A stretch of 64,000 nt of DNA from an uncultured delta proteobacterium (GCA_963789395.1 CAWBKP010000014.1:352001-416000), one strand, 5' to 3'. Positions 9,605 to 20,305 are shown, counted from the stretch's first letter. Numbers and translations are program-made. The notes: generated by a model not told the origin, from the letters alone.

Positions 9605-10828
9605 TCAATTGTCCGGGCTGTAGTTGACCAGAGCCGCGGTTTCTCCCATCAGTCGGTGCTTTTCGTACCGGCGCAGATGAAAGGGCCGAAGGATTTCCGG
9701 ACAGTTGCCGGTTGCCATGAACGCGGCCAGATGCTTTCCGGTCGCCGCGCAGGACTTGAACCCGAAATAGCCCCAGCCGCAGTTCATATAAAAGCCCTCG
9801 ATCGGATCATTGCCGTCGATGATGGGCGCCATGTCGGGCGTCATGTCGGCCAGCCCTCCCCAGATCCGCATGAATTTAACCCCCCGCAGGCAGGGCAGAA
9901 ACTCGGACAGGGCCTCTGCCTGATGCTTGATATAATGGGCCGTGTTCTGGGTGGTATAATTGGGCCAGGGATCCATGTGCGCACCGGTGGCGATTTCGCC
10001 TTTCAGGGTCTGATTGGCGTAGGCATGATAGGCTCCGGACGACACCACGTGGTTGAGCAGGGGTTTCAGCGGCTGGGTGACCATGGCCTGAATGGTCAGC
10101 ACGCTGATGGGCAGTTTGATGCCCATCATGCGATGAATGATGGCGGCCGAATACCCGCCCGCTGCCACCAGCACCCGCGGCGAATGAATTTTGCCGCCAC
10201 TGGTGTTCACGCCGGTAATCTTTCGGCCGTCCGTCAGTATCTCGGTTACCTCGGTCTGCTGGTGAATATGCACCCCGTTTTTGGCGGCGCCTTTGGCCAG
10301 ACCCCAGACAACGGCGTCGTGCCTGACAATGCCCCCGGGAGGGTGATACATGGCCCCGTGGATCGGAAAGGTGATGTCTTTTGAAATATTCAGGGCCGGC
10401 ACCATGTCCTTGACCTGGCAGGCATCCAGCAGATGGCTTTCCACGCCGTGAAACTGGGCCGTTGCAATGTTCATCCGCGCGGCGCTCATGGCCGCCTCGC
10501 TGTGCATGAGGTTCAGATTCCCGCAGTTATTGAACATGAGGTTGTAATCCAGTTCGCGGGTCAGCGCCGGCCAGAGCTCCAGGCCTTCCTTGTACAGCGG
10601 CACGTTCTGCTGGGTCCGCTGGTTGGCGCGGACAATGGCGGTATTGCGGCCGGCGCCGCCAAACCCGATAAAGCGTTTTTCGATGATGGCGATGTGTTTC
10701 ATTCCATGCGCTGTTGCGAGAAAATAAGCCGTCGCCAAACCGTGAAGCCCCCCTCCGATGATGACGGCATCGTAACTGGATTTAAGGTCGGGCTTCTTCC
10801 CCCACAGGGGTTTGAACCTTCCGAACAT
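9605..10828 (-). CDS. soxB: Sarcosine oxidase beta-subunit-like FAD-dependent oxidoreductase
   Basis: IIGGGLHGLATAY, GRNTAIVRAN, GIVRHDAVVWG, DMTPD, GWGYFGFK; start set at ATG 10828 after AGGGGGAG. Confidence 0.92.
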   Translation of the reverse strand: MFGRFKPLWGKKPDLKSSYDAVIIGGGLHGLATAYFLATAHGMKHIAIIEKRFIGFGGAGRNTAIVRANQRTQQNVPLYKEGLELWPALTRELDYNLMFNNCGNLNLMHSEAAMSAARMNIATAQFHGVESHLLDACQVKDMVPALNISKDITFPIHGAMYHPPGGIVRHDAVVWGLAKGAAKNGVHIHQQTEVTEILTDGRKITGVNTSGGKIHSPRVLVAAGGYSAAIIHRMMGIKLPISVLTIQAMVTQPLKPLLNHVVSSGAYHAYANQTLKGEIATGAHMDPWPNYTTQNTAHYIKHQAEALSEFLPCLRGVKFMRIWGGLADMTPDMAPIIDGNDPIEGFYMNCGWGYFGFKSCAATGKHLAAFMATGNCPEILRPFHLRRYEKHRLMGETAALVNYSPDN

Positions 10829-10916
10829 AGACTCCCCCTTTATTGCTGTTAAAGCGGTTGTGCTGCATAATAAGTGGTTCACGAAATTTACATCTCGTAA
10901 TCCGCTTTATAGTAAA

Positions 10917-11207
10917 TGAAATAAAATATGTCAAATATAATTTAAAATGAAAGATAAAGTTTCACAATTAACGTATTGCAGATAATCCATTCCAAACATA
11001 CACACAGCCAATGACGTACGAATACTTCCAACATGTAATAGTGACGTTCAACAATTCATTAAATGAGCGATACTGACTATGTTTAATATTTATGTTAATC
11101 GCCGGATCCGTCTCATCCGGGGGCATCCGGCAGATATCACGATTTTTTATTTATTCTTGAAACAAAATGCGTTACGTATTATGGTGAACATGAAATGAAA
11201 TATATCA
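10917..11207. promoter_or_regulatory. Candidate RpiR operators TGAAA-N7-TNTCA (10917-10933, 10948-10964, 11191-11207) in the divergent soxB/rpiR spacer
   Basis: tgaaa taaaata tgtca; tgaaa gataaag tttca (perfect arms); tgaaa tgaaata tatca. Confidence 0.6.
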
Positions 11208-11243
11208 TTTTGAGCTTCAATATTTTCACACATCGAGGAAACG

Positions 11244-12125
11244 ATGACAGAAAAAACATCCCAAACGGTCATGGAAGCGATCGTGACGCAACTGGATTCA
11301 CTGACGCCAAAGGGCAAGATGCTGGGCCAGTTCATTCTTCAGAATTCCCGCCGGGCGGTGTTTATGACCACCAAAGAACTGTCTGCAGCCTGCAAGGTCA
11401 GTGAGGCAACGGTTGTTCGATTTGTCAGCCAGCTGGGTTACGGAGGTTACAGCGATTTTCTTCAGGCCCTGCGGGACATTGTGGACACGGGGTTGACCCT
11501 GCCGGATCGGATCGACCTTCCCGGCCCGGCCTTGCCCGGCGCCGAACTCCTGCACCGCGTGCTGATCGAGGAAATGAACACTATCAAACAGATTTACGAA
11601 TCCGTTGATTTGAAGGTGCTGGCATCTTTTGTCGGTCACCTTGCCGACAGTCCTTCGGTGTATGTCATCGGGTCACGGCTCTCGTTCACCTTTGCCTATT
11701 ATCTGGGATGGTCCCTGAACAAGGTCCGCAGCAACGTACACATATTAAAGGGCAGCGACAGCACGTCCATTGACGCATTGACCCATGCAGCTCCGGACAG
11801 CCTGGTGATCATCATCGCCACCTCCAGATATCCGAATGAACTGATCCGCCTTGGCAAAGTCGTCAGGCGCCTCGGGTTGACGCTGCTGGTCATGGCCGAC
11901 AGCGCCCTGTGCCCGCTGATCCAGTTTGCCCACCAGTCATTTATTGTTCCGTCCAAATCGATTCCCTTCATCGGCCATCCGACGGCCATCTCCTGCATGA
12001 TCAACTACCTGGTAATCGCTCTGGCCAGGCAGCGGGGAGGCGATCTCAAAAAACATCAGGAAAGGCTTGAGCAGCTCTACATCGAAAACGATATTCTCTT
12101 TAACCTGCACCGAGAAAGCATGTAA
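11244..12125 (+). CDS. MurR/RpiR family transcriptional regulator (HTH + SIS)
   Basis: ELSAACKVSEATVVRFVSQLGYGGYSDF HTH; SIS motifs VYVIGSRLS, SRYP. Confidence 0.93.
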   Translation: MTEKTSQTVMEAIVTQLDSLTPKGKMLGQFILQNSRRAVFMTTKELSAACKVSEATVVRFVSQLGYGGYSDFLQALRDIVDTGLTLPDRIDLPGPALPGAELLHRVLIEEMNTIKQIYESVDLKVLASFVGHLADSPSVYVIGSRLSFTFAYYLGWSLNKVRSNVHILKGSDSTSIDALTHAAPDSLVIIIATSRYPNELIRLGKVVRRLGLTLLVMADSALCPLIQFAHQSFIVPSKSIPFIGHPTAISCMINYLVIALARQRGGDLKKHQERLEQLYIENDILFNLHRESM

Positions 12126-12193
12126 GTGCGGCCATCGGTTCATGGAATATTTTCCGATGGGTCATAAACAGGATAAACATCAAGAGAGGTTAC

Positions 12194-13600
12194 ATGTCAG
12201 AAAACACCCGCATCGAACACGATTTTCTAGGTGCCAAGGAAATTCCCGCAGACGCTTATTATGGCGTTCAAACCCTGCGGGCCATTGAAAACTTCAAAAT
12301 AACCGATATTCCGATTTCCATCGAGCCCGAGATGATTCGTGCACTGGGGTATGTAAAAAAAGCATCGGCAAAAGCCAACAGGGACCTGAACGTATTGCCG
12401 GAAGAGATCGGCAATGCGATCGTTAAGGCATGCGATGCGCTGATCGCCGGGGAACTCGTGGATCAGTTCAAAGTGGACTGCATTCAGGGCGGCGCCGGCA
12501 CTTCCACCAACATGAACGCCAACGAGGTCATCGCCAACAAGGCCCTGGAAATTCTCGGCCACCCGAAAGGCACATACGAAATTGTCCACCCCAACAACCA
12601 CGTCAATTGTTCCCAGTCTACCAACGACGCCTACCCCACGGCGTTTCGGGTCGCCCTCCTGCTGATCATTCCGAAGCTGACAACCGCCTTATCCTCGCTG
12701 GCCACCGCCTTTCAGGAAAAAGCAAACGAATTCATGGATGTGCTCAAAATGGGACGCACCCAGCTTCAGGATGCCGTGCCCATGACTCTGGGGCAGGAGT
12801 TCGGCGCATTTGCCAACACGCTTTTCGAGGATGTGGAACGCCTTCATGCGGTTTGCGAACTGTTCCATGAAGTCAATCTGGGCGCCACCGCCATCGGCAC
12901 CGGCATCAATGCCCCGTCCGGTTACCGCGCACTGGCCGTTGACTATCTGGCCCAGCTCACCGGTCTGCCCATGAAAAGCTCAAAGGATCTTATGGAAGCC
13001 ACCTGGGACACCGGCGCATACGTTCAGCTGTCCGGCCTGCTCCGCCGGATAGCGGTCAAGCTGTCCAAGATCTGCAATGATCTGCGGCTGCTGTCATCAG
13101 GCCCCCGGGCCGGGTTCAACGAGATCAACCTGCCCAAGATGCAGCCGGGATCCTCGATCATGCCCGGTAAGGTCAACCCGGTCATCCCGGAAGTGGTCAA
13201 CCAGGTGGCGTTTCAGGTCATCGGTATGGATGTCACCGTTACCCTGGCGGCAGAAGCCGGACAGCTCCAGCTCAATGTCATGGAGCCGGTCATGGCCTTT
13301 GATCTGTTTTCCATGCTGGAGATGCTCCAGCGTGGCTGCAGGGTGCTGGAGGGAAAATGCGTCCGCGGCATTACCGCCAACCGGGAACATTGCCTGGAAA
13401 TGGTCCTGAACAGCATCGGCATCGTGACCGCCCTGAACCCCATCATCGGATATGAAGCATCTGCGGCAATCGCCAGGGAGGCACTGGAAACCGGCCGCTC
13501 GGTGCACGAACTGGCCCTTGAAAAAGGGCTGATCGACAAGGAAAAACTGGATCAGCTTCTGTCCATCGAAAATCTGATGAATCCCAGATTTTTCCGTTGA
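12194..13600 (+). CDS. aspA: Aspartate ammonia-lyase
   Basis: YYGVQTLRAIENF, QGGAGTSTNMNANEV, KMGRTQLQDAVP, GSSIMPGKVNPVIPE signature. Confidence 0.93.
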   Translation: MSENTRIEHDFLGAKEIPADAYYGVQTLRAIENFKITDIPISIEPEMIRALGYVKKASAKANRDLNVLPEEIGNAIVKACDALIAGELVDQFKVDCIQGGAGTSTNMNANEVIANKALEILGHPKGTYEIVHPNNHVNCSQSTNDAYPTAFRVALLLIIPKLTTALSSLATAFQEKANEFMDVLKMGRTQLQDAVPMTLGQEFGAFANTLFEDVERLHAVCELFHEVNLGATAIGTGINAPSGYRALAVDYLAQLTGLPMKSSKDLMEATWDTGAYVQLSGLLRRIAVKLSKICNDLRLLSSGPRAGFNEINLPKMQPGSSIMPGKVNPVIPEVVNQVAFQVIGMDVTVTLAAEAGQLQLNVMEPVMAFDLFSMLEMLQRGCRVLEGKCVRGITANREHCLEMVLNSIGIVTALNPIIGYEASAAIAREALETGRSVHELALEKGLIDKEKLDQLLSIENLMNPRFFR

Positions 13601-14865
13601 TTACCTTTTAAAATCCTGGGTGCCGGCTTCTATGTCAGACCTGGGATCCAGGGCCATTATTACCGGGGAGGTGCTTTTCATGGGAATGAAGGGGACCTGT
13701 GCTTCCACCGGCACCCGTTCCACTTTCTCGCGTTTCCTCAAGAATAGGGTAAGCACAGTCAGGGTGCCGCTGATTACTCCCCAGAAAGCAAAAAGGCCAA
13801 AGGGTGAACCCAGCAAGGCCATCGCACCGGAAGCCAGAAGGGGGCTTATGCTGGCGCCGATGCTGTAGGCAAACAGCAGGCCGGCACTCACCGCCACGGC
13901 ATCCTGTCCGCCGAAAATATCATGCGCCCGGGCGACAGAAAGCGGATAGACGGCAAACACAAGGATGCCGAACAATCCCATTTCCACGGACAATTCCCCG
14001 AAAGTGGGCTCCCCGTTTATGAACAGGATCCCGCTGACCCCTGTTATGGCGGTTGCCACGGCAGAAAGGACCAAGGTACGGTCAAACCGGTCCGAGAGGG
14101 TGCCCACCAGCCACTGGGCTGCCAGGCCGCAAAATACCGTCAGGGACATGATCCAGGAAAGCTGCTTCAACGACAGGCCGATTGCGGTGCAGAACACAGG
14201 CATCATGGCGAAGAAGGCGCTGTTGTTCAGGCCGGCTGCAAAGCATCCCAGCATGCCCAGGGGCGTTTTTCGAAAAATCAGGACCGAATTTGTAAGGGTT
14301 TTGTTTCCGGCAGACCGGGATGTACCCCCCCGGTGATTGATACCGGCACCAGGCAAAGCGAGAAAAGAATACCGACAAAGATGAACAGTTTTTGCCCCTG
14401 AATATCTCCGGCATTGAGCAATTGCTGGCCGATACCGGTTCCCAAATACATCAAACTCATGTAGATGGCAAATACCCGTCCCCGGTAATGCGATTCGCAG
14501 CACTCGTTGAGCCAGCTCTCGATGACCATAAACAATCCAAAAGCCGTAATCCCGCTTAAAAACCTTAAGAGCGCCCAAAACCACGGGGAGAGGTAAAGTC
14601 CATAGAGAAGGGCAGCAGCTGTCGTTATGGCGGCAAATACGGTAAAGGCGCGAATATGGCCGATTCTCTGAATCAACCGGTGACAACAAAATGAACCGAC
14701 CAACAGGCCCGTATAAAAACTGGACAGAACAATGCCTGTCGTGGCCGCGGGAAAATCCTCCGCGGCCAAGCGTACACTCACCAGGGTGTTCAGCAGGCCG
14801 CTGCCGAGTAAAAATATAAAGGTGGCTGCAAACAATGAACCGAACATTCTCAGAGAGTTGACCAT
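13601..14865 (-). CDS. MFS transporter (YcaD-like), one frameshift near 14290
   Basis: N-half in the 14278..14919 ORF (RIGHIRAF, VIESWLNE), C-half in the 13601..14905 ORF (GTLSDRFDR, YPLSVARAHD); start ATG 14865 after AAGGAAG. Confidence 0.85.
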
Positions 14866-14947
14866 CTGACTTCCTTGAACGGGTGACCGCCGATTTAGGC
14901 GCCATCGACAGCGTAACAATTGCGGAAAAAGAACATCCTGCCGTTTT

Positions 14948-15832
14948 TCAGGTCGGCTCCCGCTTCAAATCAAACAGCACGTCGTTTTCCAGGTAAGCCT
15001 GCTCCAGTTGCTCCTGATGGCGCGTCATGGCCTCTCCAAGCTTGCCGGCCAGCACCTGAATCAGATAGTTGATCAGGCAGCACATGGTGGTGGGGCTGCC
15101 GTTGAAGGGAATAAAGCGGGACGGGGTAATGATGGTTTCATGGGCAAACTGGATCAGCGGGCAGACAGTGCTGTCGGTAATGAGTACCAATGTATGCGAT
15201 TGCCGGATCGTGTGCCTGGCAATACGGATCAGTTCATTGGGATATCTTGTCGTGGCAAAAATGATGACCAGGGTTTCAGTCGGCGCGATCGTCAGCCAGT
15301 CGATGGTCGTTTTGTCACTCCCCTTGACTATCTGAATGCCTTTTCGAACTTTGGTCAGGGACCAGCCCAGATAATAGGCCATGGTGTATGAGGCGCGGGA
15401 GCCCACGACATATATCTGGGGACTGCTGTGCATCAGGGCCACCACCCGGTCGATCTGGGCGTGGTCGATCTGGTCATAGGCCAGTCTGAGGTTGTCGATC
15501 TCCTCGGATATCACCCTTCGGAAACGTTCGGCACCCGGCGCCAGCATATTGACCATATCCGCGCGTTCCAGAAGCGTCAGTTCGGACTCCACCAGATCCC
15601 GAAGAAACTGCTGGAAATCGGCATATCCATCGAACCCCAGCTGAGCGACGAAGCGTACGACAGACGATTCACTGACCCGGCAGGTTCTGGCCAGCTCGGC
15701 GATCGTCATAAACATGGCCTTGCGCGGGTTTTCCCTCACGTAATCTCCGAGAGTCCGGCTCTTGGGTGTCAGCGCGTCGTAGCGCCGGGAAATGCGCTCA
15801 ATCAGGGAATGCGGTTTTTCTGTTGTTGCCAT
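14948..15832 (-). CDS. MurR/RpiR family transcriptional regulator (paralogue of 11244..12125)
   Basis: ELARTCRVSESSVVRFVAQLGFDGYADF; shared C-terminus HQEQLEQAYLENDVLF; start ATG 15832 after AGGAG. Confidence 0.92.
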   Translation of the reverse strand: MATTEKPHSLIERISRRYDALTPKSRTLGDYVRENPRKAMFMTIAELARTCRVSESSVVRFVAQLGFDGYADFQQFLRDLVESELTLLERADMVNMLAPGAERFRRVISEEIDNLRLAYDQIDHAQIDRVVALMHSSPQIYVVGSRASYTMAYYLGWSLTKVRKGIQIVKGSDKTTIDWLTIAPTETLVIIFATTRYPNELIRIARHTIRQSHTLVLITDSTVCPLIQFAHETIITPSRFIPFNGSPTTMCCLINYLIQVLAGKLGEAMTRHQEQLEQAYLENDVLFDLKREPT

Positions 15833-15867
15833 GACGACGACTCCTGAATGATAAAACACCGTTCTTT

Positions 15868-15884
15868 TGACATGATTTATTTCA
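15868..15884. promoter_or_regulatory. Candidate RpiR operator upstream of second rpiR
   Basis: tgaca tgattta tttca is the reverse complement form of the TGAAA-N7-TGTCA site at 10917. Confidence 0.55.
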
Positions 15885-16141
15885 TCTTGCGCAGATAAAT
15901 CTTATATATTCAGCCCGAAAATCACCCTCAATCACCTTGATTGATAACAAGCCCGCAAAAAATAAACAAGCCAAATTCTTCAGGTTTTCAATTCGCTGAA
16001 TTCCTTATGAAAAGGGGCTAAATATCCTCTCCTTCACTGTCGATCCGATCCGGATTTCTTTAGCAACCAAGGCTTCAATACAATGTTATTGAGAATTGAC
16101 CCAAAAAATATTTTATGTCACAACAAATTGAATTAAAGTCA

Positions 16142-16340
16142 GCAATCGAGAACAGGGACATTGCCGCCATTCTGCAGACGGCAGCTGACCAGTCAGAAGC
16201 CGGCGCAGACTATAATTTTCGTCGGCAAAGAATCCGAATACCTGAAATGGTATTGTTCGGTTCAGGAAGAAACCCCTGATGTTTACCGCGGCTTCTGCCA
16301 GGAATGCGGCTCCAGCCTCTTCTGGGATCCCCGTGGAAAT
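16142..16340 (+). pseudogene. Fused gene relics: AcsE/MeTr-like methyltransferase fragment plus GFA-family fragment
   Basis: 16142-16213 reads AIENRDIAAILQTAADQSEAGADY; about 16230-16337 reads YLKWYCS..VYRGFCQECGSSLFWDP in another frame. Confidence 0.6.
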
Positions 16341-16525
16341 TGGAATCGACTCCCCCTGAATCAGCCTTAAAGACCTTTATTTTTCCAACAGAATTTTTCA
16401 TATTGAAAACTGTTGACACAATAAACCTTCAGAAGGTACTAAATAAATCTCTGATGACTTTTTGTCACATATATGGACTCAGAATCATTTTTTTATTCAT
16501 CTTAACAAACGAATGGAGGTTTTAA

Positions 16526-17497
16526 ATGAAAAAAGGTATGGTCTGGATGATGGCGGCTGCCCTGATGGTAGCTCTGGTTGCAGCACCGGCTCCGGCAGCC
16601 GATCGGGTCTTTTTTGCGATAGCCACCGGCGGCACCGGCGGCACCTACTACCCCCTGGGCGGCATGCTGGCCCAATTGCTGTCCAACACGGTCGTCATTG
16701 ACGGAAAAAAACTCTCCGCCACCGCCGAAACCAGCAATGCCTCGGTCGCCAATGCCACGCTTCTGGGCCGCGCCGAGATCGAATCCGCCTTTGTCGCAGC
16801 CGATATTCTGGATGCCGCATACAAGGGCATCAAGCAGTTTGACGGCAAAAAGATGACCAACCTGCGCGCCCTGGGATCGTTGTATCCGGAAACCGTTCAG
16901 ATGGTGGTTCGCGCCGGCGCAGACATCAATACTTTTGCCGACATCAAGGGCAAATCGGTGTCTTCGGGTTCTCCCGGTTCCGGACAGTGGCAGCTTCTGG
17001 GCGATCTCCTGGATGCCTACGGCATCAAACGGGAAGATGTCAAGGAAGACTACTCCTCTTTTGCCCAGGCAGTTGAGAAAATCAAGGATGGCAATCTGGA
17101 CGCCACCCTGATCACCGCCGGCGCCCCGACTGCTTCGGTCACCGAACTGGCAAATGCCCACGACATCAAGATCATCCCCCTGTCTGGCCCCAGTATCGAC
17201 AAGTTGCAGTCCGTATCCCCCTACTACGCCAAGGCGGTACTGCCGGCCAACACCTACAAGGGACAGACCACCGCAGTCCCCACCATCGCCGTGCGTGCCA
17301 TCTGGGCCACCCAGGACAAGCTGGATGCTGAATTGGCCTACCAGATCACCAAAGCCCTTTACGAAAACACCGAGACTCTGGGCAAAGTGCACGTCATGGG
17401 AAAACAGATCAGCCTTCAGACAGCCCTGGAGTCGGTTTCAATCCCCCTTCATCCTGGCGCGGAACGTTATTTCAAAGAAAAAGGACTGATAAAATAA
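16526..17497 (+). CDS. TAXI family TRAP transporter solute-binding protein
   Basis: Signal peptide, IATGGTGGTYYPLG, LYPETVQ, GSPGSG, IPLHPGAERYFKE. Confidence 0.95.
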   Translation: MKKGMVWMMAAALMVALVAAPAPAADRVFFAIATGGTGGTYYPLGGMLAQLLSNTVVIDGKKLSATAETSNASVANATLLGRAEIESAFVAADILDAAYKGIKQFDGKKMTNLRALGSLYPETVQMVVRAGADINTFADIKGKSVSSGSPGSGQWQLLGDLLDAYGIKREDVKEDYSSFAQAVEKIKDGNLDATLITAGAPTASVTELANAHDIKIIPLSGPSIDKLQSVSPYYAKAVLPANTYKGQTTAVPTIAVRAIWATQDKLDAELAYQITKALYENTETLGKVHVMGKQISLQTALESVSIPLHPGAERYFKEKGLIK

Positions 17498-17498
17498 A

Positions 17499-18029
17499 AT
17501 GTTTTTACGGGTCGCAGCCATGCTGGCCGTCTTGCTGGCTTCCTGCGGCCCGTTTGCGCATACGCACCCGCAATGCTGCACAACGCTGGTCATTCGCCAG
17601 TTTCCGGCCCGCACGGAATTGGCCCGCTACTGCATACCCGGGAACGGCTGCTTCTCGTTATCCTTTATTCACTCGGTTTCCCAAACGCCTGTTCGTGACG
17701 ATTACCGGGTGGAAGCAGGCCGCATCGTGCAGGTGGCGGAAACATTTCAGACCCACGAAGCCGGGCTGCCGTCACTGGAACAGGAGGCCGACGCCCTGGA
17801 GTGGGAATGGCAGGACGGACAGTTTCTGCTTCGCATGCAACGCCCAATCCATCACCTGGTGATGCGAACCGACCGGCAGTACCGCAACCGCCTGCACCTG
17901 GCGGACCGAACCATCAATCTGAACCAGTGGGACAATCAGGCACTCGAACTGAGCATTGAAACTCATGACTCCCTTTTCAACAAAGAGAACGCACCATGTC
18001 TAACGAATCACAGCCTGAATCCGACCTGA
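17499..18029 (+). CDS. DUF1850 family protein (TAXI-TRAP associated)
   Basis: FSLSFIHSVSQTPVRDDY and AGLP motifs; typical position between receptor and permease. Confidence 0.85.
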   Translation: MFLRVAAMLAVLLASCGPFAHTHPQCCTTLVIRQFPARTELARYCIPGNGCFSLSFIHSVSQTPVRDDYRVEAGRIVQVAETFQTHEAGLPSLEQEADALEWEWQDGQFLLRMQRPIHHLVMRTDRQYRNRLHLADRTINLNQWDNQALELSIETHDSLFNKENAPCLTNHSLNPT

Positions 18030-20254
18030 CGCCCGCATCCCAGATTATCCCGGAGGTCAGTGAATCGGAAATCGAAGCCATCATCAAGAAGTATGATGCC
18101 GAATCCAATTTCCGAGATCTTATCGGTGTCACCGCCACCATCGCCAAGGTTGCCTGCATCTGCCTGAGCCTGTTCCATGTTTATACCGCGGGATTCGGCC
18201 TTCTGAACGAGGTAGCCCATCGCACGGTCCACCTCTCGTTTGTCCTGGGCCTGGTGTTTCTGATTTTTCCGCGTCGCCGCAATACCGGACAGGTATCCGC
18301 CTGGATCTTCGGTCTGGGGTTTTCCGCCCTGTATCTTTTTCTTACCTGGCAGCTCACCCATCGCATGGCCGACCAGTTTCCGCCCTGGGGGGTTCCGGCG
18401 CTTTACGGCGTCATCGGACTCCTGTGCTTAACCGCGCTGCCGCTGGAATCCCTGCAAGGTTTCGGCGATCGCCTGTCCATCGTCGACTGGCCGCTGGCGC
18501 TTGCCGGATCGGGCATTTCCGTGTATCTCGTGGTTTTTTTCAAAAGCATTTTTATCGTCAATATCGGTTTCCCGCAGCCGGCCGAGTTCATCATGGGACT
18601 TCTGGCCATTGTCATGGTGACCGAAGCCACCCGGCGGACCATGGGAGAGACGCTTCCCCTGGTGGGCGCACTGGCACTGCTTTATGGTCTGCTGGGACCC
18701 CATCTGCCGAACATGCTGGCACACCGGGGATATGACATCGTGCGCATCGTTCAGCATCTGTATCTGGGCACCGAAGGCATTTATGGTGTGGCGGTCGGGG
18801 TCGTAGCCACGTACGTCTTTCATTTCGTATTGTTCGGCGTGCTGGCCCAGGCATCCGGACTCGGCCAGCTCTTCATCGATTTGGCCACCATGCTGGCCGG
18901 CCGTTTTGTGGGAGGACCCGCGAAGGTCTCGGTCGTTTCCAGCGGGTTTTTCGGCATGATCTCCGGCTCGCCCATCGCAAACACCGTCACCACGGGCGCA
19001 TTTACCATCCCCATGATGAAAAAGCGCGGCTTTTCCGCAATCTTTGCCGGCGCGGTGGAGGCATCCGCTTCCTGCGGCGGGCAGGTGACACCGCCCATCA
19101 TGGGCGCATCGGCCTTCGTGATGTCGGAAATGCTGGGCATTCCCTACAACGAACTTATTTTTATCGCCATCGTTCCGGCGTTCTTTCACTATCTGGCGGC
19201 GCTTCTCATGGTTCACCTGGAAGCCAAGCGACTGGGCCTGGAGGGCCTGAGGCCGGATGAAATTCCCTCTTTTGTCCACACGATGAAGCGATCCTGGCAC
19301 CTGATGATTCCGCTGACAGTCATGGTCACCCTCCTGATCATGCAGTTTACGCCTTATCTGGCAGCTTTCTGGGGAATCATCCTGACCGTGGTCTGTTCCT
19401 ACATTCCCCTGGTCATGAAGCGTTTCGGCGTTACCGGCCTTGACGACAGCCATACGCTGACCCCCAGCCGGTTGATTCACGGGCTGGAGCTCGGCGCCCG
19501 GTCCGCCCTGGCAATTGGTGCAGCCTGCGCCTGCGTCGGTTTTATTCTGGGAGTCATCACGCTGACCGGCATGGGCTTTAAATTTTCCGGCGCGGTGCTG
19601 CAGATTTCAAACTCACTGGGGCACCTGGTCTCGAACCTGACGCCCTTTGACCTTATCTCAGTCAAAACGGCATCCCTGTTCTTCGGGCTGATCATGGTGG
19701 CCATCGCCTGCATTCTGATGGGCACCGGCATTCCCACTACGCCTACCTACATCATTCTGGCTTCCATTGCAGGGCCCGCCCTGCTGGATATGAACGTGCC
19801 GCTGCTGGCCACCCATTTCTTCGTCTTCTATTATGGGGTCTTGGCCGATGTCACGCCGCCCGTGGCCCTGGCCGCCTACGCCGGAGCCGGCATTGCCCGT
19901 TCCGATCCCATGAAAACCGGTGTCACTGCCTTTAAGCTCTCCATGGGCAAGGGACTGGTACCGTTCATGTTCGTGTATGCGCCCAGCATGCTGCTGATCA
20001 ATTTCACCTGGACGGAGTTCGGCATTGCCATGGCCAGCGGGGTCCTCGGCATTTTTGCCTTGTCCGTGGCATTCACCGGCCATTTCATCAGAAGCACCCG
20101 GGCCTGGGAAGATGTCCTGCTGTGTATCTGCGGCCTGTTTCTTGTGGGAAACCACCTGCCGACGATTCTCTTTGGTGCGGCGATGGTTTCATTGTTGCTG
20201 ATCCGGCTCTACGTGACCGGAAAAAATCAGGAACCGGTAATGGCGACCGCATGA
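17996..20254 (+). CDS. TRAP transporter fused 4TM/12TM permease
   Basis: EATRRTMG, GTEGIYG, GGPAKVSV, ASCGGQVTPPIMGASAF, GTGIPTTPTY, ADVTPPVALAAY. Confidence 0.95.
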   Translation: MSNESQPESDLTPASQIIPEVSESEIEAIIKKYDAESNFRDLIGVTATIAKVACICLSLFHVYTAGFGLLNEVAHRTVHLSFVLGLVFLIFPRRRNTGQVSAWIFGLGFSALYLFLTWQLTHRMADQFPPWGVPALYGVIGLLCLTALPLESLQGFGDRLSIVDWPLALAGSGISVYLVVFFKSIFIVNIGFPQPAEFIMGLLAIVMVTEATRRTMGETLPLVGALALLYGLLGPHLPNMLAHRGYDIVRIVQHLYLGTEGIYGVAVGVVATYVFHFVLFGVLAQASGLGQLFIDLATMLAGRFVGGPAKVSVVSSGFFGMISGSPIANTVTTGAFTIPMMKKRGFSAIFAGAVEASASCGGQVTPPIMGASAFVMSEMLGIPYNELIFIAIVPAFFHYLAALLMVHLEAKRLGLEGLRPDEIPSFVHTMKRSWHLMIPLTVMVTLLIMQFTPYLAAFWGIILTVVCSYIPLVMKRFGVTGLDDSHTLTPSRLIHGLELGARSALAIGAACACVGFILGVITLTGMGFKFSGAVLQISNSLGHLVSNLTPFDLISVKTASLFFGLIMVAIACILMGTGIPTTPTYIILASIAGPALLDMNVPLLATHFFVFYYGVLADVTPPVALAAYAGAGIARSDPMKTGVTAFKLSMGKGLVPFMFVYAPSMLLINFTWTEFGIAMASGVLGIFALSVAFTGHFIRSTRAWEDVLLCICGLFLVGNHLPTILFGAAMVSLLLIRLYVTGKNQEPVMATA

Positions 20255-20305
20255 CATGCGGTCAATGCCGACATTTCACGCTGAAGCTGCGGGATACTGT
20301 GGCCG

